DNA of 64,000 bases from a virus, in the IMG/VR virus record IMGVR_UViG_3300037325_000203. One strand, given 5' to 3'. The notes beneath the pieces are model-generated. The model did not search any database. It saw only the letters and a program-made list of their open reading frames with translations, and was not told the DNA's origin. Position 1 is the first letter of the stretch. Every line of letters starts with the position of its first letter. Positions 61,034 to 64,000 of this stretch are shown one piece after another. The translations under genes and the position numbers were made by a program.

Positions 61034-61809
61034 TTTCTTAATCCGTTATTTTTTCTATTTGCAGTCTTTTTACCATTAGCAGCTAAAGTTGAGGATAATT
61101 CACCAGATGCCTGATGCGACTTAGTGTCGCCTACTATAGTTTTTGTCGGCCCCGACTTATTGTACTCTTTCTTTAATGCTTCCTCTGTGGGCTGGCGCTT
61201 TTGTATGTTGCCCATCGCAACAGGTGCAACTGCGATGGAACCGGCTCCAGTTGCACCTGCACTGCATGTTTCTGTAATCCCGGCAAGTTGACGCATTCTT
61301 TTAATATCCTTTTGCTCTGCTGTCATCTGCTGGCCGGGCTGGATGTTGCCGCTTTGTTGGTCCGACGTTTGAAACTGTTCGAGATCGTCCATGTTACGCC
61401 ATTCCTCCTGGCCGGTTGCAGGGTTGTTGACTTTCACACCCTTTGCATTCATGTCTACCTGAGACACCGATCCTGGAACTGAACGTCCATCCAGTCCCTT
61501 AAAGCCGACTGTCATTCCTACTTCTACTGGCGCGCCCGCGCCGGGCCACATAGACTTGATATTAGATGCCGGGCTACCAGATGGCGGGCTATTGGGTGAC
61601 ATCCGGGAATTAGTACTCCCCGAGGATGGGCCAATTGTACTCCCCGATGGAGGTGTAATGTTTGCCTCAGCCATTGCTTGATAATCTCCAAAAGTCATGC
61701 TCGATAGTATGCTTCTGGCTTCTGTTAATCCCACCCCGTTCAGTTTTGAAATTCTTCTAACTGAATCACCATACGACATATCATCTGATAAAATTTTTAA
61801 ACTTTTCAT
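61030..61809 (-). CDS. Putative head protein
   Basis: Likely start MKSLKIL coupled to the upstream stop; RMRQLAGITE and SAGATGAGSIA modules. Confidence 0.55.
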   Translation of the reverse strand: MKSLKILSDDMSYGDSVRRISKLNGVGLTEARSILSSMTFGDYQAMAEANITPPSGSTIGPSSGSTNSRMSPNSPPSGSPASNIKSMWPGAGAPVEVGMTVGFKGLDGRSVPGSVSQVDMNAKGVKVNNPATGQEEWRNMDDLEQFQTSDQQSGNIQPGQQMTAEQKDIKRMRQLAGITETCSAGATGAGSIAVAPVAMGNIQKRQPTEEALKKEYNKSGPTKTIVGDTKSHQASGELSSTLAANGKKTANRKNNGLRK

Positions 61810-62306
61810 ATCGACTCCATTTTTGTAAACGCGACATTTTGTTGCCAACTGCTGGCGCTGCCCGTTACTGTAGTTACTCTAACACCGCTCGGTAAAATTA
61901 CTCCGTCTATGTCATCTATAAGAAGACCGACGGGGCCGGGTGTACCATAGGGTGTGAAATTATAAAATTGCACACCTCTTTCTACTGCAAATTTCCATAT
62001 AAATCCTTCGCCGGATAACTCCGTAGTGTGTACTGCAAGTTCTATAACGGGCTGAGGATCGTTCAGAATTACCGGCATGGCCCTGAGGCCAATGCTCATC
62101 AGAAATACTTCAAAATTTTTCTGACTCTCATCTAACGGGTTACCTGTAACTTGTAAATTAACTAATCTAGTCACTTCCTCAGCTGTCGGAGGATTAGGGT
62201 TCGGATCAACAAAGCATAGCGGACTACTGGCATAACAAACATAATACTGTAAGTCTGCTGATAGATTTTGCATCGAAGATGAGGCACCGTGTATTTTTTT
62301 AGTCAT
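61806..62306 (-). CDS. Putative virion structural protein
   Basis: MTKKIHG N-terminus similar to the two upstream genes. Confidence 0.55.
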   Translation of the reverse strand: MTKKIHGASSSMQNLSADLQYYVCYASSPLCFVDPNPNPPTAEEVTRLVNLQVTGNPLDESQKNFEVFLMSIGLRAMPVILNDPQPVIELAVHTTELSGEGFIWKFAVERGVQFYNFTPYGTPGPVGLLIDDIDGVILPSGVRVTTVTGSASSWQQNVAFTKMESI

Positions 62307-62471
62307 AAAATTGTTCCTTATCTATTTACCTTGTATTTCTTAAACTAACAACCCAATCTGAAGCTGCCAGTTAATATCTATTCATCAATCACGTTGCTTG
62401 TCATTCTTACTAGAATATTGTTTATTCTCGAATATTTCTTATATTTATCAAGAAATAGATAAGTTGAGTTC

Positions 62472-62504
62472 AAAAAGAAAGGACCAGTCTGGTCCTTTCT
62501 TTTT
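62472..62504. terminator. Intrinsic terminator
   Basis: AAAAAGAAAGGACCAG-t-CTGGTCCTTTCTTTTT. Confidence 0.9.
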
Positions 62505-62518
62505 ACAATCGAATATAA

Positions 62519-63094
62519 TTATGCTAATGTGTAATGAGTTAACGTACCCAATGAGAATGAAACTTCAGTGACAGTTACGCTAGCAAAAGAAGCAGATGCT
62601 GTAACCGGTACGCTAGTAGGTGTGTTAACCTCGCCGGCAGTGACATACACTGTAGCAGTGGGCAATGCTCTGATAGCCGCTTGCATCTGCAATGCCGCAG
62701 CAGTCGGCGTGATAGGCAATTGTTGCTCATCAGTGTCGGCAGGTGGTGTCGAATAAGAAGGTGTGTCCGACCCCCATCCCATGGATGAGGAAGATACTCC
62801 GATATGTATTGCTGTTGTGTCACCATATGTGGCAGGCACTAGCCCGATTAACACGATACCTGCCTGCTTACTGACCTCATGGAGTGCTAGTTCGGCTGCA
62901 CTATTCGGAACAGCTCTGTTATTTCCCACTACGAAGTACGTAGTAACTGTGGTTGCACCGCCTGCTATAGATACTGGTAAGTTTACCGAACCGTTAGAAA
63001 CAGACCATGCGAAAGGCCCGACAATTTTAAAAAATCTCATGCCGCCTGTCAGTGTCTGGTCGCTGATAATGCCGCCGTTTACTTTAACTACCAT
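62519..63094 (-). CDS. Putative capsid-decoration-like structural protein
   Basis: Start MVVKVNG with GGAGA SD, GATAAATA upstream. Confidence 0.6.
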   Translation of the reverse strand: MVVKVNGGIISDQTLTGGMRFFKIVGPFAWSVSNGSVNLPVSIAGGATTVTTYFVVGNNRAVPNSAAELALHEVSKQAGIVLIGLVPATYGDTTAIHIGVSSSSMGWGSDTPSYSTPPADTDEQQLPITPTAAALQMQAAIRALPTATVYVTAGEVNTPTSVPVTASASFASVTVTEVSFSLGTLTHYTLA

Positions 63095-63196
63095 AATGTA
63101 ATCTCCTAATTTAATGTATTTATCAATATACATAGAATTTTAATCGTTAAAAAACCCGCATACTCGATACGGGGTTTGTTCTAATCTTGTTTAGGA

Positions 63197-63772
63197 TTAA
63201 ACTGGATAGAAACCAGCGGTGCCTGTTGGGCTATTAGTTGGTGTTGCACCGGATGTAGCACCAGGACCAGTGGCTAGATCGCCGGCCTCGGCGGTTGCTA
63301 CTGCCATTGCGCCGTTGAAAGCTGCAAACGAAACGCCAACTGTAACTGCATTGGCTGCTACGCTAACCAATGCACCTACTACGTTTGTAGGGGCATCGCC
63401 AGCTGTGGTCACCACTGCTTGAGCATTGGAAATTGGCAGATCGGTAGCGACGACGCCAACATTGTTGGAGAACCAACCTTCTGCGTGACCTAGCATAACG
63501 TCAACGCTCTTTGATGAAACATGGTACTTGGAAACGCCAAGAATTGTTGCCTTCTGATCAACAACCTTAAGGGCCTGTACAAGTGCACTTTCTACGACTC
63601 CGAACGTAGCATCAGCTACTGTATTTGCACCAGCTGAGGTTGCAGTACCTAGTACGCGAAGATCAGCAGCCGCCAAGGCGGAAATATCCTTGCTGAATGT
63701 TAGCTTCACAAATACTACTTTTCTTTCTACCCAAATACCTGTATACGCGGCACCATTTACTTTTACTGTCAT
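63197..63772 (-). CDS. Putative capsid-decoration-like structural protein, paralogue
   Basis: MTVKVNG, AAGGAG SD, GATAAATA upstream, Ala/Val/Thr-rich. Confidence 0.65.
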   Translation of the reverse strand: MTVKVNGAAYTGIWVERKVVFVKLTFSKDISALAAADLRVLGTATSAGANTVADATFGVVESALVQALKVVDQKATILGVSKYHVSSKSVDVMLGHAEGWFSNNVGVVATDLPISNAQAVVTTAGDAPTNVVGALVSVAANAVTVGVSFAAFNGAMAVATAEAGDLATGPGATSGATPTNSPTGTAGFYPV

Positions 63773-64000
63773 GATAAAACTCCTTAAATTTTAATAGGTT
63801 AATCCTATTTATGCATTTATTTATCTTTTATATAAGATATTTACGGATCTCCGATGGATAATAGAAGTTTTGTCCGGCTTTCCAATCGGTAAAGTTATGT
63901 GCCATTTGTCGACAAATACGTTCTTGCTCAACTAAGCCGCAATATCGTTTTACAGCGCTCATTATAGTCTCTAAGCTGAACAAGTCGTTGACTGTTGCTC

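Noticed and set aside
565-63422. Numerous antisense and nested ORFs in the track (for example 39218-39742, 34050-34664, 41692-42180)
   Set aside because: They are shadow frames of well-supported genes on the other strand or frame.
1-64000. CRISPR array or tRNA genes
   Set aside because: I saw no repeat-spacer array and no cloverleaf with a T-loop and acceptor stem. The repeats found are in-frame coding duplications. A tRNAscan run is still advisable.
1-64000. Stop-codon reassignment
   Set aside because: Conserved genes are full length in the standard code and TAG, TGA and TAA all end normal genes. Read-through of the TAG at 4388 does not restore the relic domain.

Overview
Apart from the first ~300 bp, this window is a gene-dense, AT-rich segment of a large tailed (jumbo-type, T4-superfamily-like) bacteriophage, mostly on the minus strand. 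Bases 1-157 are the GC-rich 5' end of a betaproteobacterial-type iscS, so the left edge is a host/phage junction, a captured gene or a chimera. The phage segment encodes proteostasis and translation functions (ClpA, ClpX, ClpS, two ClpP paralogues, DnaJ, GroES-like, YccA, IF-1, bS21), nucleotide and cofactor metabolism (class Ia RNR, ThyA, dCMP deaminase, MazG-like, FolE, QueD, NadV, NadM-Nudix, PhoH, SufD-like, DadA-like), replication genes (ligase, clamp loader, DnaE fragment, exonucleases), fibre proteins and putative head proteins. Main findings: (1) a ~550-nt ORF-free, highly structured, pseudoknotted candidate ncRNA at 11.87-12.43 kb; (2) nrdA broken by a naturally split intein with a free-standing endonuclease between the halves; (3) the same two-hairpin leader at the same spacing upstream of both NAD-salvage genes; (4) a GATAAATA late-promoter regulon with candidate leaderless genes and a hairpin-gated endonuclease; (5) modular, Glu-delimited putative head polyproteins; (6) several unannotated gene relics (iscA, GIY-YIG, a displaced fibre C-terminus). 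All calls come from reading motifs by eye; no searches were run.
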